A DNA stretch of 64,000 bases from Octopus bimaculoides (GCF_001194135.2 NC_068984.1:32389027-32453026), one strand, 5' to 3'. Positions 26,067 to 40,189 are shown, counted from the first letter of the stretch. Numbers and translations are program-made. Notes: a model not told the origin generated them from the letters alone.

Positions 26067-26533
26067 CTTATTTTTCATGCCATCATCATTTAACGTCTGC
26101 TTTCCATGCTAGCATGAGTTGGACGATCTGACTGGAGACTGGCAAACCAGTTGGTTACAGCAGACTCCAATCTGATATGGCAGAATTTCTACAGCTGGAT
26201 GCCCTTACTTATGCCAACCACTCTGAGAATGTAGTGGATGCTTTTTACGTGCCACTGGCATGAGGGCCAGTCCGGCGGTACTGGCAATGGCCATGCTCAA
26301 ATGGTGTTTTTTACGTGCCACCTTCACAGGAGTCAGTCCAATGTATATATGTATATACATGTGTACACGTATATACATACACATATATGTAAGTATAATC
26401 TATCTATCTATATATATATATATATATATGTTCTTTTATTCTTTTACTCATTTCTGCCATGTGGCTGTGGTCATGCTGGAGCACCACCATGGATATATGT
26501 ATATGTATATATATAAGTACATATATATAAGTA

Positions 26534-26905
26534 CTGTGTGGTAAGTAGCTTGCTAACCAACCACATGGTTCCGGGTTCAGTCCTACTGTGTGGTACCTTG
26601 GGCGGGTGTCTTCTACTATAGTCTCGGGCTGACCAAAGCCTTGTGAGTGGATTTGGTAGATGGAAATGGAAAGAAGCCCATCGCATGCATATATGTGTGT
26701 GTGTGTCTGTGTTTATATGTCCGTGTTTGTCCCCCTAACATTGCTTGACAACTGATGCTGGTGTGTTTACGTCCCTGTAACTTAGCAATTCAGCAAAAGA
26801 GCCCAATATAATAAGTCCTGGGGTCGATTTACTCGACTAAAGGCAGTGCTCCAGCATGGCCGCAGTCAAATGTCTGAAATAAGTAAATGAATAAAAGAAT
26901 GAATA
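26534..26905 (+). mobile_element. Family C SINE, near full length
   Basis: GTGTGGTAAGTAGCTTGC head, GGATTTGGTAGATGGAAA core, internal (TG)n, CAGCATGGCCGCAGTCAAATG tail. Confidence 0.85.
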
Positions 26906-28519
26906 NNNNNNNNNNNNNNNNNNNNNNNNNNNNNNNNNNNNNNNNNNNNNNNNNNNNNNNNNNNNNNNNNNNNNNNNNNNNNNNNNNNNNNNNNNNNNNN
27001 NNNNNNNNNNNNNNNNNNNNNNNNNNNNNNNNNNNNNNNNNNNNNNNNNNNNNNNNNNNNNNNNNNNNNNNNNNNNNNNNNNNNNNNNNNNNNNNNNNNN
27101 NNNNNNNNNNNNNNNNNNNNNNNNNNNNNNNNNNNNNNNNNNNNNNNNNNNNNNNNNNNNNNNNNNNNNNNNNNNNNNNNNNNNNNNNNNNNNNNNNNNN
27201 NNNNNNNNNNNNNNNNNNNNNNNNNNNNNNNNNNNNNNNNNNNNNNNNNNNNNNNNNNNNNNNNNNNNNNNNNNNNNNNNNNNNNNNNNNNNNNNNNNNN
27301 NNNNNNNNNNNNNNNNNNNNNNNNNNNNNNNNNNNNNNNNNNNNNNNNNNNNNNNNNNNNNNNNNNNNNNNNNNNNNNNNNNNNNNNNNNNNNNNNNNNN
27401 NNNNNNNNNNNNNNNNNNNNNNNNNNNNNNNNNNNNNNNNNNNNNNNNNNNNNNNNNNNNNNNNNNNNNNNNNNNNNNNNNNNNNNNNNNNNNNNNNNNN
27501 NNNNNNNNNNNNNNNNNNNNNNNNNNNNNNNNNNNNNNNNNNNNNNNNNNNNNNNNNNNNNNNNNNNNNNNNNNNNNNNNNNNNNNNNNNNNNNNNNNNN
27601 NNNNNNNNNNNNNNNNNNNNNNNNNNNNNNNNNNNNNNNNNNNNNNNNNNNNNNNNNNNNNNNNAAGGCTGACAGGAAGCGGTCCCGCTTCCTAGGGCTA
27701 AACAACAGTAGTGTATTCCCTTATTGGGATTGTCACATTAAGTTGACAATATACTACAACTTTATATATACTACAACTTTATATATATATACATATATAT
27801 GAGTACATATATATATCTAAATTCTGTACGACTCTCTTACTCTTTCTTTTAGCCTCTTCACACCTTTGTTCTTGCCACTTTTCTTTTTCTCTCTCCCCCT
27901 CTCTCGCATTTCTTGACCTTCCTTTCATTCTTCCTTTCCCTCCTCTCTTACCTCACTCTGTCTCTTTCCTTTTTTTTTCTTTCTTTCTCGACCCTCCCTA
28001 ATTCTTCAATCCCTTTGCCCCTACCTTTTTCCTCTTCTTCTATGTAACAGGTGTTCCACCAAGCCTGACCTTTCTTTTTTTGGTTCGACTACCATCCATG
28101 TAGCATCTCTTATATTCCTTCCCATGACTTTCATCTCTTATGTCACTACTGTAAGGCTTCGTTTCCATACACGCCACCTTAATTTAATTCATCCTCAGTC
28201 AAAAGATACCTGCCGTCAATGTTCTATTGTTTGTATTTGTTTGTGCTCCCACCATTGCTTTAGACTGATGTTGGTGTGTTTATGTTCCCTGTAACTTAGT
28301 GGTTCATCAAAAGAGACTGATAGAATAAGTACTAGGCTTACAAAGAAAAAGTCCTGGGATTGATTTGTTTGACTAAATGCAGTGCTCCAGCATGGCCATA
28401 GTCAAATTACTGAAACAAGTAAAAGAATATATATATGTTTATTATTGTAATTTTGACATTAAGAGTCCCTCCTAGCATGAGACATTTATATATAGTAATG
28501 CCCTTAATATAAATGACTA

Positions 28520-28900
28520 AACTGAAAGGAAATATTGTGGAGAGGAGGATATCTATTTCCTTTTTGAAGACATCTACTTCCACCTTATACAGATTTCATA
28601 ATTTTTGTGGCAGGGCGTTGAAGAGCTGTGGGATTTTGAACCCTAGGGTATTGGAGTACCTGGTCCTGAATTTAGATGGAGTGGATAGTATCTTTGGTAC
28701 AATACAATGGTGGCTAGTTCTGACATTTGTATAACACTCAATGCTGAAATTAGGTACTAGCTCTTCTAGTGTTTTCCACATGTAGATTATTACATATCTG
28801 TCGTGCCTTCTCTCCAGGCAATAAAGCTGCAGTTTTACTAGCCTATCTGTAGCTTATCCACTGCGCTGTTTGAATCTTTTCTGTGTAGTGGCATTGGACT
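28520..28900 (-). mobile_element. CR1/L2-like LINE C-terminal fragment
   Basis: IYMWKTLEELVPN...RTRYSNTLGFKIPQLFNALPQKL. Confidence 0.65.
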
Positions 28901-29264
28901 GATTCAGGCCCCACTGTTAGTTTGGCACTATGTGGTAACCATAACTGGGAGCAGTACAGGTGGCTGAGAGCAAAGGTTCTCCATGGGGTCGACAGTTTCT
29001 CGGTCTCTTGTCTTGAAAGACCTCAATATCCATCCTGCCACTTGTCTGCACCTTGCTGCCATATATATATATATACAAAGTATGGGGGGTTTAGTTCACA
29101 GGTGATCTAAACGATTAGCTACACTAGGTAAGTGCTGTAACAGATTACTAGGGCTCCAAGGTTATAGACGAGATGATAGTTATGAGCCATTGCAGATATC
29201 TGGTATAGCGGATATATAATTGTTAAAGAGAACAACAAGCAAATGCATATATAGTCATATACAT

Positions 29265-29295
<31 letters not shown>

Positions 29296-30522
29296 TATAC
29301 ATTATATATGTATATATCATCATCATCGTTTAATGCCCATTTTCTATGCGGGTATAGATTTGACGGTTTGACAGGGGACTGGCAAGCCAGTAGGCTGCAC
29401 CAGCTCCAATCTGATCTAGCAAGGTTTCTACAGCTTGATGCCCTTCCTAAAGCCAGCTACTCTGAGAGTGTAGTGGGCACTTTTTACATGCCACCAGCAC
29501 ATATCACACGCACACACATATGCGAGTACATGGAGCCATATACACAAACACACACCCACATATATATATATATATTGTTGAATGAATTAAAACATGGTAA
29601 GTCCCTGCCACTTGGAAGCAAGCAAATGTACAAAACTTTTCAATAAAGTTTTTCTCACAGAATATTGGCAGATTAACATATAGGAATGACCTTTTGAACA
29701 CTGGCCTTCAGTGCTGCCTTATTGCTATTTCATTACATTTCAATAATCAATGAAGCATAGGTTGCTATAAACAAAACACAAAGGGCATCAGTTTCTGTAA
29801 TGTATTTGTATCTACTTTGTTTATTTTCTTCTTGATTTTATTAAAAATTTATAGATTAACAAAAATTGCTAATAATGTGCTTATGTGTTATGCTATATTA
29901 AGGTTGACCTCAAATTTTCCTTTTAGCCTTTAAACAGACTGGCAATTGAAAATAGATTATATGCCCATAGCTGCAAAAACAATGAGCTGAATATGTGATT
30001 AAATGCTTTATTATTCATGTTGTTATCACAATGAATATTGATATGAAGTGTGTAGTAGTAATAATACAATTGGTAGGGAAAAAAAATGAATTGAAATGTT
30101 TTTTTGTTTAATTTTATTTTTGTTTTGTTATTTTTATCTTGTCTAAGATTTATGGATTGCTGTTAAATTTTTTGTTGAACTGGCTTTACCACAAATCTCG
30201 CTTTGAGATGTGAAGGATAATAAAAAAAAGAAAAAAATCTATCAAATGGTATGTCCCATAAATCACCAAATTATTTGCACGAGTAAAGATATTGTCTTCA
30301 TCTTGTATCAGGACAAATCAATTTGGTGAAAAGCATTTCTTCCAAGCACTATTTATGAGACGATTTGATATTAGCACTACATTTCATGCAAATTAATGTA
30401 TATTGAAAAATACATATGTGTATGTTTGTGTGTGATGTGCACATATATAAAGCACACACACACATGCATGCGTGCACACACATACATGCATGTGCGTACA
30501 TGAACACACACACGTACATTAC

Positions 30523-30658
30523 TTTGGTCGAATCAGCTTCTTGCTATGTTGAGTTTTACCTGTAGATGCATAGAATCTTCTGGTAAATCATAACTTGCCT
30601 GAAGATCTTTTTGTCATACAGGTAAAACTCAGAGTAGCAAGAAACTGATATGACCAAA
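30523..30658. repeat. ~136 bp near-continuous hairpin (MITE-like)
   Basis: ~42-bp imperfect arms with a perfect 15-bp core TGAGTTTTACCTGTA/TACAGGTAAAACTCA, plus inner pairing ATCTTC.GGTAA/TTGCC.GAAGAT. Confidence 0.85.
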
Positions 30659-30678
30659 ATAAAATATATTAATTTAAG

Positions 30679-31060
30679 TGGAAGTGCAAATGGCCCAGTG
30701 GTTAGGACAGCAGACTCACAGTCGTAGGATCGTGGTTTCGATTCCCAGACCGGGCATTGTCAGTGTTTATTGAGCGAAAACACCTAAAGCTTTACAAGGC
30801 TCCAGCAGGGGGTGGTGGCAGATCCTGCTGTACTCTTTCACCACAATTTTCTCTCACTCTTTCTTCCTGCTTCTGTTGCACCTGTATTTTGAAGGGCCAG
30901 CCTTGTTACACTCTGTGTCACGTTGAATCTCCCCGAGAACTACATTAAGGGTACACGTGTCTGTGGAGTGCTCAACTACTTGCACATTAATTTCACGAGC
31001 AGGCTGTTCCATTGATCGGATCAACTGGAACCCTCATCGTCATAACCAACAGAGTGCCAT
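30679..31060 (+). mobile_element. Family B SINE, full length
   Basis: ATGGCCCAGTGGTTAGGAC A-box region, GGTTTCGATTCCC B-box, matches 56198-56578 throughout. Confidence 0.9.
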
Positions 31061-33228
31061 GATGACAATATTAATCTAAACTTTACTATGTTATTAAATA
31101 CATTTTTCTGACAATTAACACTAAAAGACTATGAGAGTATTATTGATCACTTGAAGCATTGTGTATTGTTTGTGAAATATAGCGTGTCTTGAATGGTACA
31201 ACAATGCAGAGTGGACTATGATAACTGTTATAATTTAATTATTCATAGTCTGATATAAAAATTCCTTCTTCTCTCTACATATATATATTTATATGCATAT
31301 ATGTTGTTCCTTAAGAAGGTTATTTTATCTATAAAGCACACACACACACACACACACACACATTGATTCTATTTTCTTAAATTTTATTATGAATATCAGT
31401 CAACTAGATGACTAATTAGACAAATAACTAACCAACTGCCTAACTATTCATCATTCAATCACTCAAACTTTCAGAGTCCTTTTGTCACTGTTTGTTACCT
31501 CATCAATGATATACCTTTATTCTTTAGTTTCAACACAATGTATCTATTCTGGACAGAGAATATTTTGTTAGTGTTCTCATAATTTAGAAGTCCTCTGCTT
31601 TCCTGTGATTCTTTCCTCTCTCCAAATTTCTAAATCTATTCAAACATATATGAACTTGTTCTCATTCATATACACATCTACCAACACATGCATATTTGCT
31701 TATACATACATGCATATACATTATACAGACATACATACACACACACACATATACATATAGTATGATAGAAATAAGAAGGTAATATTTTTTTGAATGCAGA
31801 GTTGCTGTTAGAACAGCAGAAATATTGGGTGAATTACCCTTACAAGGCTTGTAAGCACTAGCGTAGCTGGGGGTGGGGTAGGGGTGGTCTGCTCCCAGGT
31901 GGCAATTTTAAAGGAGCACCACTTTCGGGTCTCCTGTAGGCAATATGTGTTATGCATGTGTGTGCATGTGTGTAATTCTGTGTGTATGCATGTGTGTATG
32001 TGTGTGTGCATGTGTGTACTTTATTAAAAACATGACAATGATCCAGTCTTATTTTTTTTTATTAAAATTTCTCCTATTTCTATATAAAGCTTCTGCAGTT
32101 TGGAGCAATAAATTTCCTAGATCCAAAATCGAGGTCTCTAGACATTCACAGCCTCATCATCAGGATATGAAATATATTTGATTTCTGTATTGCTACTTTT
32201 ATCGTAATTGAATTAATGTATATTTTACCACCATAGACTTCTTTACATTAGGCTTCCATGTGAGCAGTCTCTTGTCAATATAACCAAAACAAGGAGAAAT
32301 TTGAAATCAAAATTGAAATCAAATAACACTACCAAAACGTAAGATATTCAAGAGCAAAAATATTATAATATCAACAACTCATCTGATGACTTACATCATG
32401 GCAAATGTAATAAAAATAGATTCCCAAAAAATAACAAACAAATATTGAATGAAAACCTAAAAGGCACCACACTACTGAAAATATAACAACATAAATATTT
32501 ACAAGTGTGACAAAAATATGTTCCTAATCATGGATAGAGAGGGAGAAAATGGAAAAATTAATAATTTACTCTCAGTGAGATGCAAATTCACAAAGATTAA
32601 GAAATGCAACTCCAAACAATAAGAAGTGAAATTAAATTAATTCCAGCAATAAAGGCACAAATAGGATCCCCTTACTTTCAAAATTCTGAAGTGAAATTCT
32701 CTGCAGCAGATATAAATGGCCCATTAAAAATCCATAAATGAAACAATCCCTTTCTACCATAATACTCCAGATAAATACACTTACTCCTTAAATGAGGAAG
32801 CAAATAGACAGCATTAGTGAGGAATACTCACCAAAGAAATACATTTAAAGGTTACATTTTAGAGGGTACTGACAACATTGATATCATCTCTATTCTAGAT
32901 GTAGAAAGCTTGTTCCTTAATGTCTCAGAAATTATGGAAATTATAATAGAGATCATATATAAGCTCACCAACATAAAATCACCAGTGATATCAGCAAACT
33001 TATTTAAACATCTACTAATGTTATGTTTCCCTTAAGTATCATTTCACTGCCCACTTGATAATTTCTACAAATGATAGGAAAGCCATGGGTTCTCGCTTTG
33101 GAAGTATATTTGTGGCATTCTGTCTATCCAAAATAAGGAAAAGAATAATATCAAAGCATAAATATATATATATACACAAGACATATTATTTGTAAATTAT
33201 TTGTTCATACAGATATGTTATTTGTAAT

Positions 33229-33672
33229 CATCATCATCATCATCATCATCATCGTTTAACGTCCGCTTTCCATGCTAGCATGGGTTGGACAATTTGACTG
33301 ATGACTGGTGAAACCGAATGGCAACACCAGGCTCCAATCTAAATTTGGCAGAGTTTCTACAGCTGGATGCCCTTCCTAACGCCAACCACTCAGAGAGTGT
33401 AGTAGGTGCTTTTACGTGTCACCTGCACGAAGGCCAGTCAGGCGATACTGGCAACGGCCACGCTCGAAATGGTGTCTTATATGTGCCACCCGCACAAGCC
33501 AGTCCAGGGGCACTGGCAACGATCTTACTTGGCTTGCCGGGTCTTCTCACGCACAGCACACGTCCAAAGGTCTCGGTCAGTAGTCATCGCCTCGGTGAGG
33601 CCCCAATGTACGAAGGTCTTGCCTCACCACCTCAGCCCAGGTCTTCCTGGGCCTACCTCTTCCACGAAAACA
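33229..33672 (-). mobile_element. Well-preserved 5'-truncated RTE LINE 3' end
   Basis: GRPRKTWAEVVRQDLRTL/GLTEAMTTDRDLWTCAVREKTRQAK*, then 3' UTR and (GAT)n tail; CpG retained. Confidence 0.9.
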
Positions 33673-34734
33673 TGTTGAGGAACTAAAACATGATTACGAA
33701 ACAATTCTGTACCAAAATTTAACACCCAGAATAATACAAATGAGATTCTGTTTCCAGACATAAGTATATAGATAGGAAAACAGGTATATTATTTTTGTAT
33801 GCATCAAAGAATCAAGCAAATGGATATACCAACACAGAAACTGCAAATACTCATATAACTATGAAATGTCAGGGGTAAAATCACTACTTAGAAGGGCATT
33901 TGTATTCTTGTCTTCAGATGAGGAGCTTGAAGAAGAAATCCACAGACTAAAACAAACATTAATTATCAACAGACATTCCAGGAAGCCTGTAGACCAAGCA
34001 ACAGATGAAGATAGACACATATACATACAAAGAATACAGTCAATGAAATACATAAATTACTCATAAAATTTGTTATATGAATCAAATGCATAAAGCCTAT
34101 TGAACAGATGAATACATAGTCAAAAACCTCATAAAACCTGACACAAAATGTATCATGCATGACCATAAAGTAAATCTAATAATATTTTCCAAAAAAACAT
34201 CAAAACCAAAAACCCCTATCAATAACACAGCACAAGTGTTGAAACCCACAAAGAAGCTACTAATAACCAATAGGATCTACAAATTTGATCATAAAACTGA
34301 GAGTTGTGAATTTCGGGACTTCAGCTGTAATATTGGCCAAAATAGTATGACAATTTTTTTTTAAGCTTAGTATTCAATTACAGCCAAGAGTAATTACAGT
34401 ACACTACACCACATACTACAAAACAGTGTTATATAGAAAAATGCTAGTGGATAATACAGACATATTATATAAAACCCCTCAAACAGTAAACAATCATGAA
34501 AGCAATACTTATTTCAAAATGCAATGCTGAAATAAGCATTCAAACATTGCAAATATTAACATGTAATGTTGACATGAAAGCCAAACAGTGAAAAAAAGCA
34601 GAAACATTGGGGTGGAAAAACCTACATAAATTTGACTACTATAAATCAGAGTATCTTGTGAAAGCCTAACAGCCATAAACTCTACATAAACTCAGTTGTA
34701 ATAGAAGAGGTAATACAGGAGCCAAATATAGTTT

Positions 34735-34772
34735 ATATCCTGATGATATTGCAAAAATCTAGAAACCTCTAT
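34735..34772 (+). ncRNA. Degenerate hammerhead-like motif at the PLE 3' end
   Basis: ATATC-CTGATGA-tattgcaaaaatcta-GAAAC-CTC; expected position for a PLE terminal-repeat HHR, but the stems are broken. Confidence 0.3.
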
Positions 34773-36711
34773 CATGTATGTAGAAACTTTATTCCATACT
34801 TAATGCAAAACTTTATACAGAAAAATGAAAGGTCTTTAATAAAAAAGGTAAAATAAGAACATGTATAAAAGAGAAGTTGCTCCTTACATACATACCCACA
34901 CATTCATGTATATTAATTTATAAATTCTTATGATGTCAACAGTATATGCATATAAAAAAAATGTATGTGTGAATGTGTATGACTGTGTGAAAGAGAAAGA
35001 AAAAAGAGAGGGCAAGTATGTGAGAGAGAAAGAAAAAAGAGAGGGCAAGTATGTGAGAGAGAAAGATTATTGTCTTTGGATGTGAATGTGTTGAAATAAT
35101 ATATTTAAAAAAAATATACTATGTGAATGATAAAAAATTTCTTCTGATAGAATGGATTTCTGCCGTTAAAATCTGTGTGTATAAGTGTCTGTTATAATTG
35201 TACTGTATGTCTAAGGCGCCATTTTGACAGTTGTTTGTTCTAGAAGGCCTGTCATGCTGGCTAATCAATACACATTAGCCAGTATCCAATTCAAAAATTA
35301 AAGACGTATAATCACTAGTTTTTGGGGTTTTTTCAAACATTTTTCCATATTTATTTTTTTTAAAATCATTAACGAACAAAAAATAATTTTCTTTATAAAT
35401 AATTATATTTTTTGTTTCATATGTTTTTATTATTTAAACTCATATTTGCTTTTGCTTAATAATTTTCTTTCATCACCTCTACTTAAAAATTTTGCAGGAA
35501 AGTTTTCTGTATTGCACAAAGAAAAAAATAAATAAGTGAAGAAATATAAAGAAAGACATCATACATAAACAAATAAATGCAAGTTACATAAATGGTGCAT
35601 TTTAAATATTATGAGTGTGGGAGTTGAGGTGGGAGGGTTGGACATGTAATTGCTGACTTTTTCGGTTGTTGCATTGTTATTATCAGTATTATGTTTCAGT
35701 CTTACGATGTTTCATTTATTCTGTTTTATTTTGCTTTGGCTGTGTATTTTCAGAAAAAATTATTGATGTATGCGCATTTTTGGAAATTAACAAATTGAAA
35801 AAAAAAAGAAAAAAAAAGAACACTTAACAAAATACATATTAAAAAATAAAACTCACACCCTTGTAAACTCGTTACATTCAATCTCTGCACAGTACAAGAG
35901 AAATTATGTATGTTGTAGATTGTTCAGATTTTACAATTCAGTTTTACTTAATTGACAGTTTAATTGAATGCTCATTTTGGTGACCAAAAATTGCAACACT
36001 TTCCGCCTCTTTTTCTTCTCTCATCCAGTCTTTCTTTCTACTGTGGTAAATTCTCCCCCACCTCTCTCTTTCATTTGAGATCTTTCTATCTTTCTTTTAC
36101 TTGCTTCTATCATATATACTTTCTACACTGGGAAAACATTATGTTCTCATTTCTCTTTTTAACCACTCCTCTATCTTCTTTGTTTCTTTATTTTCTTTCT
36201 GTCGCACTTTTTCCTTCCTCCAATGCGATTTCTCCCTTATATACTTTCATGTACAATAACACATATATGAATATGTATTGTTCATCATTGCAACTTAGTT
36301 CTTCGGGTCAGTCTCATAATTGTTACAATTTAACAATAAACAAAACAAAATGTAAAAAATTAAGGGAGGTGTCATTAAATTAATTTCAGAGAATTGATTT
36401 TTGGTTTGTTTGATTTTCTTTCCCATTCATAGGGTGTGTTAGATGGTTCTGAATATTTACATTCATGATTAAAATATTATCAGCACTGTAAAAATAGTTC
36501 TCAGAATAATTAAATCAAATGTGTGAATTTCTTACACTGAATCAGTTGACCAGAGTGCTAATGATGTGCTTGCTGCTCATCACAAATTTTCCAACAAAGA
36601 TACCTTTACTTCGTTGCTTGATATGCTAGAAATAGGACCTAAATCACTTTCATATTATATTGTTTCATCTAAAGAGAAGGGAGTGGTCAGATAGTCTTTT
36701 ATAGCTTTATT

Positions 36712-37098
36712 TGTTTTACGTATTTGACTACAGTCATGCTGGAGCACTGCACTGAAGCGTTTTAGTCAAACAAATCGACCCCAGGACTTGTTTCTTAAGT
36801 GTAGTACTTATTCTACTGGTCTCTTTTTGCTGAACCCCTAAGTTACGGGGATGTAAATACATCAACACTAGTTGTCAAATGGTGATTGAAGAGACAAACA
36901 CAAAGACACACACATGTATGTATGTGTGTATGTATGTATACGATGGGTTTCTTTCAGTTTCCATCTACCAAATCTACTCCCAAGGTTTTGGTTGGCCTGT
37001 GGCTATAGTAGAAGACACTTGCTCAAGGTGCCACACAGTGCGATTGAACCCAGAACCATCTGGTCGGGAAGCAAGCTTCTTACCACACAGCCATGCTT
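36712..37098 (-). mobile_element. Family C SINE, full length; partial duplicate at 37228-37378
   Basis: Reverse complement of 42291-42704 including the internal microsatellite. Confidence 0.85.
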
Positions 37099-38315
37099 GC
37101 TAGAAATAAAACCAAAATATATTTCCTATCACATTGTTTCATCTAAAAAGAGGGCAGTGGTCAGGCATTTGTGAAAAGTATTTTTTTTAATTATTTCTTT
37201 ATTTATTTGAATGAGAATTAATAATATGGGGATGTAAATACATCAACAGCAGTTGTCAAATGGTGATTAGAGAGACAAACATAAATACAAAGACACACAC
37301 ATGCATATGTATGTATGTATGTATGTATGTATACGATGGGTTTCTTTCAGTTTCCATCTGCCAAATACACTCACAATGCCTTTATTTCTCTTGTAATATG
37401 ATAAATATACACTGATGTTCAGAATATGAAATTTGTGGTAGGACAGAAATGGGTATTTAATGTAAGCTAGAGCTATTGATAAAAACTCGTTACAATTGCA
37501 CTTTATAATTTTTTAGAACAGTAGTTGTGTGTAAGCTGGTTTTGTACTATTTACATGCATATATGTGGTACATTCTTTTCTCAACAAAATCAAAGAAAAA
37601 TCCAGGCTGACCCCACTCAGGATTTGAATTCAGAATTCACTTCAATACAGTTAAAACTGCAGCATAAGTCATAACTCTATATACTCTAATACACATAGTG
37701 TTTATTTATTTTTTTTTTTTTGATCTTTTAGCTTTGTGAATATTTAATGAATAAGTACAAGTTTTTTATGAGTTTACATAGAACATGTGTTCCACTAGTG
37801 AAACTTGACTATTTTCTTTGACATCTGCAATCTTGTTTTTAATCTCTTTTCTTCTTTTTTTCTATCTTTTGGTATTGGTGGCAGGAAATCTATGTCCAAG
37901 CTTCTGCTCCTATAGAGATTTCTTCCTTTTTAATTTCCCTTGTATATATTCATTTTTTCTTTTTTTTTTTCTTTCAGTACTTCCATTCAGTTGGACAATT
38001 TATGAGATTCTTATTGATATGTGTGTAGGTCTATATTTCTAAATTTCAACATCACATAATTTTGGTCTCTTTTTTGCAATCACCATCTTCTTCTTCTCCT
38101 CCTCCTTCCAGTAACTTCACCACCTATTATTAAAAAGAAACCAGTCTTTTAAAGAAATTATTTTTGTGATTTTTATCCCGAATCCTTATGAATTTTTTTC
38201 TTTGTTTTTTTTTTTTTGCTTTCTTACATTACAGCTATTTGTCCTACCCAGTTGCAGATTGCACATACATCTATGTCACTGCACTTCATTATTGCACACT
38301 AAATGGCTCTATTAC

Positions 38316-38455
38316 CAATAGAAGTTTCCAAACATCCCCATAAGATGGTGAGAATTTATCATTTGATGAACGTTGCACCTGCAGTTGTGGTGGTATAGCT
38401 GACATATGGGGGAAATAACTTTCGTTGGCAGCATATTGCAAAATCAATTTGCAGA
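38316..38455 (-). CDS. Candidate exon, (x)CKLILQYAANESYFPHMSAIPPQLQVQRSSNDKFSPSYGDVWKLLL
   Basis: aatttcactag|TC...TTG|gtaata; 140 nt, phase 1-0, 46 open codons; no TE motif recognised. Confidence 0.45.
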
Positions 38456-38744
38456 CTAGTGAAATTATTTAGATTGATGCATAATCTTCAGCTTACTCTT
38501 TTAGTGATTTACTAATACAAAAAAACATCACTGGAAACCATTAAATAATTTTTTTTAAAAACTGTTTTGATGATTATCTCATAAACTATCATAAAATAGT
38601 CTCTCAGAGAATAATCTACATATTTCGAAAATTCTTCAATATAAATAGTTTTGTATTATCCACTAAACCTTTCCGGTTCCATGTATGTTGGCAGATGAAG
38701 CAAAAGTTATAAAGTATCGTCTGTTCTAAGCTACTTTAAGATAC

Positions 38745-38850
38745 ATCTGTGGGTGCATATAGGAGGGGATATTGGTGCCTATAGGAGGAGATATTGGTGC
38801 ATAAAGGTGTGCATATCTGTGGGCGCGTATAGGAGGGGATATTAGTTTAA
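38745..38850 (+). repeat. Short tandem repeat, unit ~21 bp (TGCATATAGGAGGGGATATTGG-like), about 3 copies
   Basis: TATAGGAGG(G/A)GATATT seen three times. Confidence 0.8.
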
Positions 38851-40189
38851 CAGATTTAGCAGTCAGTGAATGATATATCCTCATCCTAATGTGACATTAT
38901 TTTCTTTGTATCAACATAATGTCTGTTGTCCATCTTGGCATGGGTTTGATAGTATGACCAGAGATTGCAAGATGGAGTGCTGCACCAGACTCCAGTCTGT
39001 TTTGGCATGGTTTCTACAGCTGGATGCTCTTCCTAACACCAACAACATTTCAGGTTCTGTCCCATCATGCAACACCATGGGCAAGTACCATCTACTATTG
39101 CTCCTGATCAACCAAGGCTTTATAAAGGAATTGTAGATGGAAACTTGTGAGAAACTCATTATTTCATGTTTGTGCAGGTGTGTATGTGTATGTGCACACA
39201 ATCACAAACACGCATATATACATACACACATGCACACACACACACACATATATATATATGTGTGCATACATGTGCATAATTCATTTTTTCTGTGTCTATT
39301 TTTCCATGTTACATGAATATATTATTGAGGCTCTTCCTGTTCATAATACTTACCAGTTTATCAAGTAAGGACCCTCTTTATTTTTTACATGCTTTGACGG
39401 TGCAAACTGGTGGATGATTTGTTAACATCATCACCATTTGTAATTATACAAATTTTAGCATAGCTCAAATGTAAACAGATACACACACACACACATACCA
39501 TTCTAAGGTGCATCCACACACCACACTAAGATACACACACACTCATGATGGGCTTTATTCAGTCTTTGTCTACCAAAGCCATGCAAAACACTTTGGTTGG
39601 CTTTGGTCGATAGTATACACAACACATGCCCAAGGTGCTGCTCTGCAAGATTGAACCCCAAGCCATGTTATTGTTAAGCAATATGTGCATATGTGTATGT
39701 GTGTGTTTGAGTATGTGTGAGTGTGTGCATATCTATATCTATATATATATATTTATCTCTCTCTCTCACTCTCTCTCTTTCTCTTTGTTTTTATATATAT
39801 TTATATATCTCATCATCATCATCATCATCATTTAACGTCCATTTTCCATGCTGGCATGAATTGAATGGTTTGACTGAAAACTGGCAAGCCAGGAGCTGTA
39901 CCAGGTTCTGATCTGATTTGTCAAGGTTTCAACAAATGGTTGCCCTTCTTAATGCCAACCACTCCGAGAGTGTAGTGGGTGTATTTTACATGTCACAGGT
40001 ATGGGTGCCATTGACCTGACACTGACATCAGCCATGACTACAGCACGGTATATCATTAAATGTCTCAGTCACCTGTCACTGACTTCATAGGGCTCAACTT
40101 GCAAATGGTACTTTCTACATGACACAGGCACAGGTGCCAGTCAGATGGCACTGACATCGGCCATGACTACGATTTCACTCAGATCATAT

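Larger units (their letters stand above)
32350..34790 (+). mobile_element. Decayed Penelope-like element (RT plus GIY-YIG region), interrupted by an RTE 3' end
   Basis: SILDVESLFLNVS (32890), KAMGSRFG (33080), GVKSLLRRAFVFLSSDEELEEEIHRLKQ (33866), NRIYKF...C...CNIGQ (34250), terminal CTGATGA..GAAAC. Confidence 0.75.

Noticed and set aside
33297-33317. CTGATGA-ctggt-GAAAC hammerhead look-alike
   Set aside because: It lies antisense in an RTE 3' UTR, has no stems, and is absent from sister copies.
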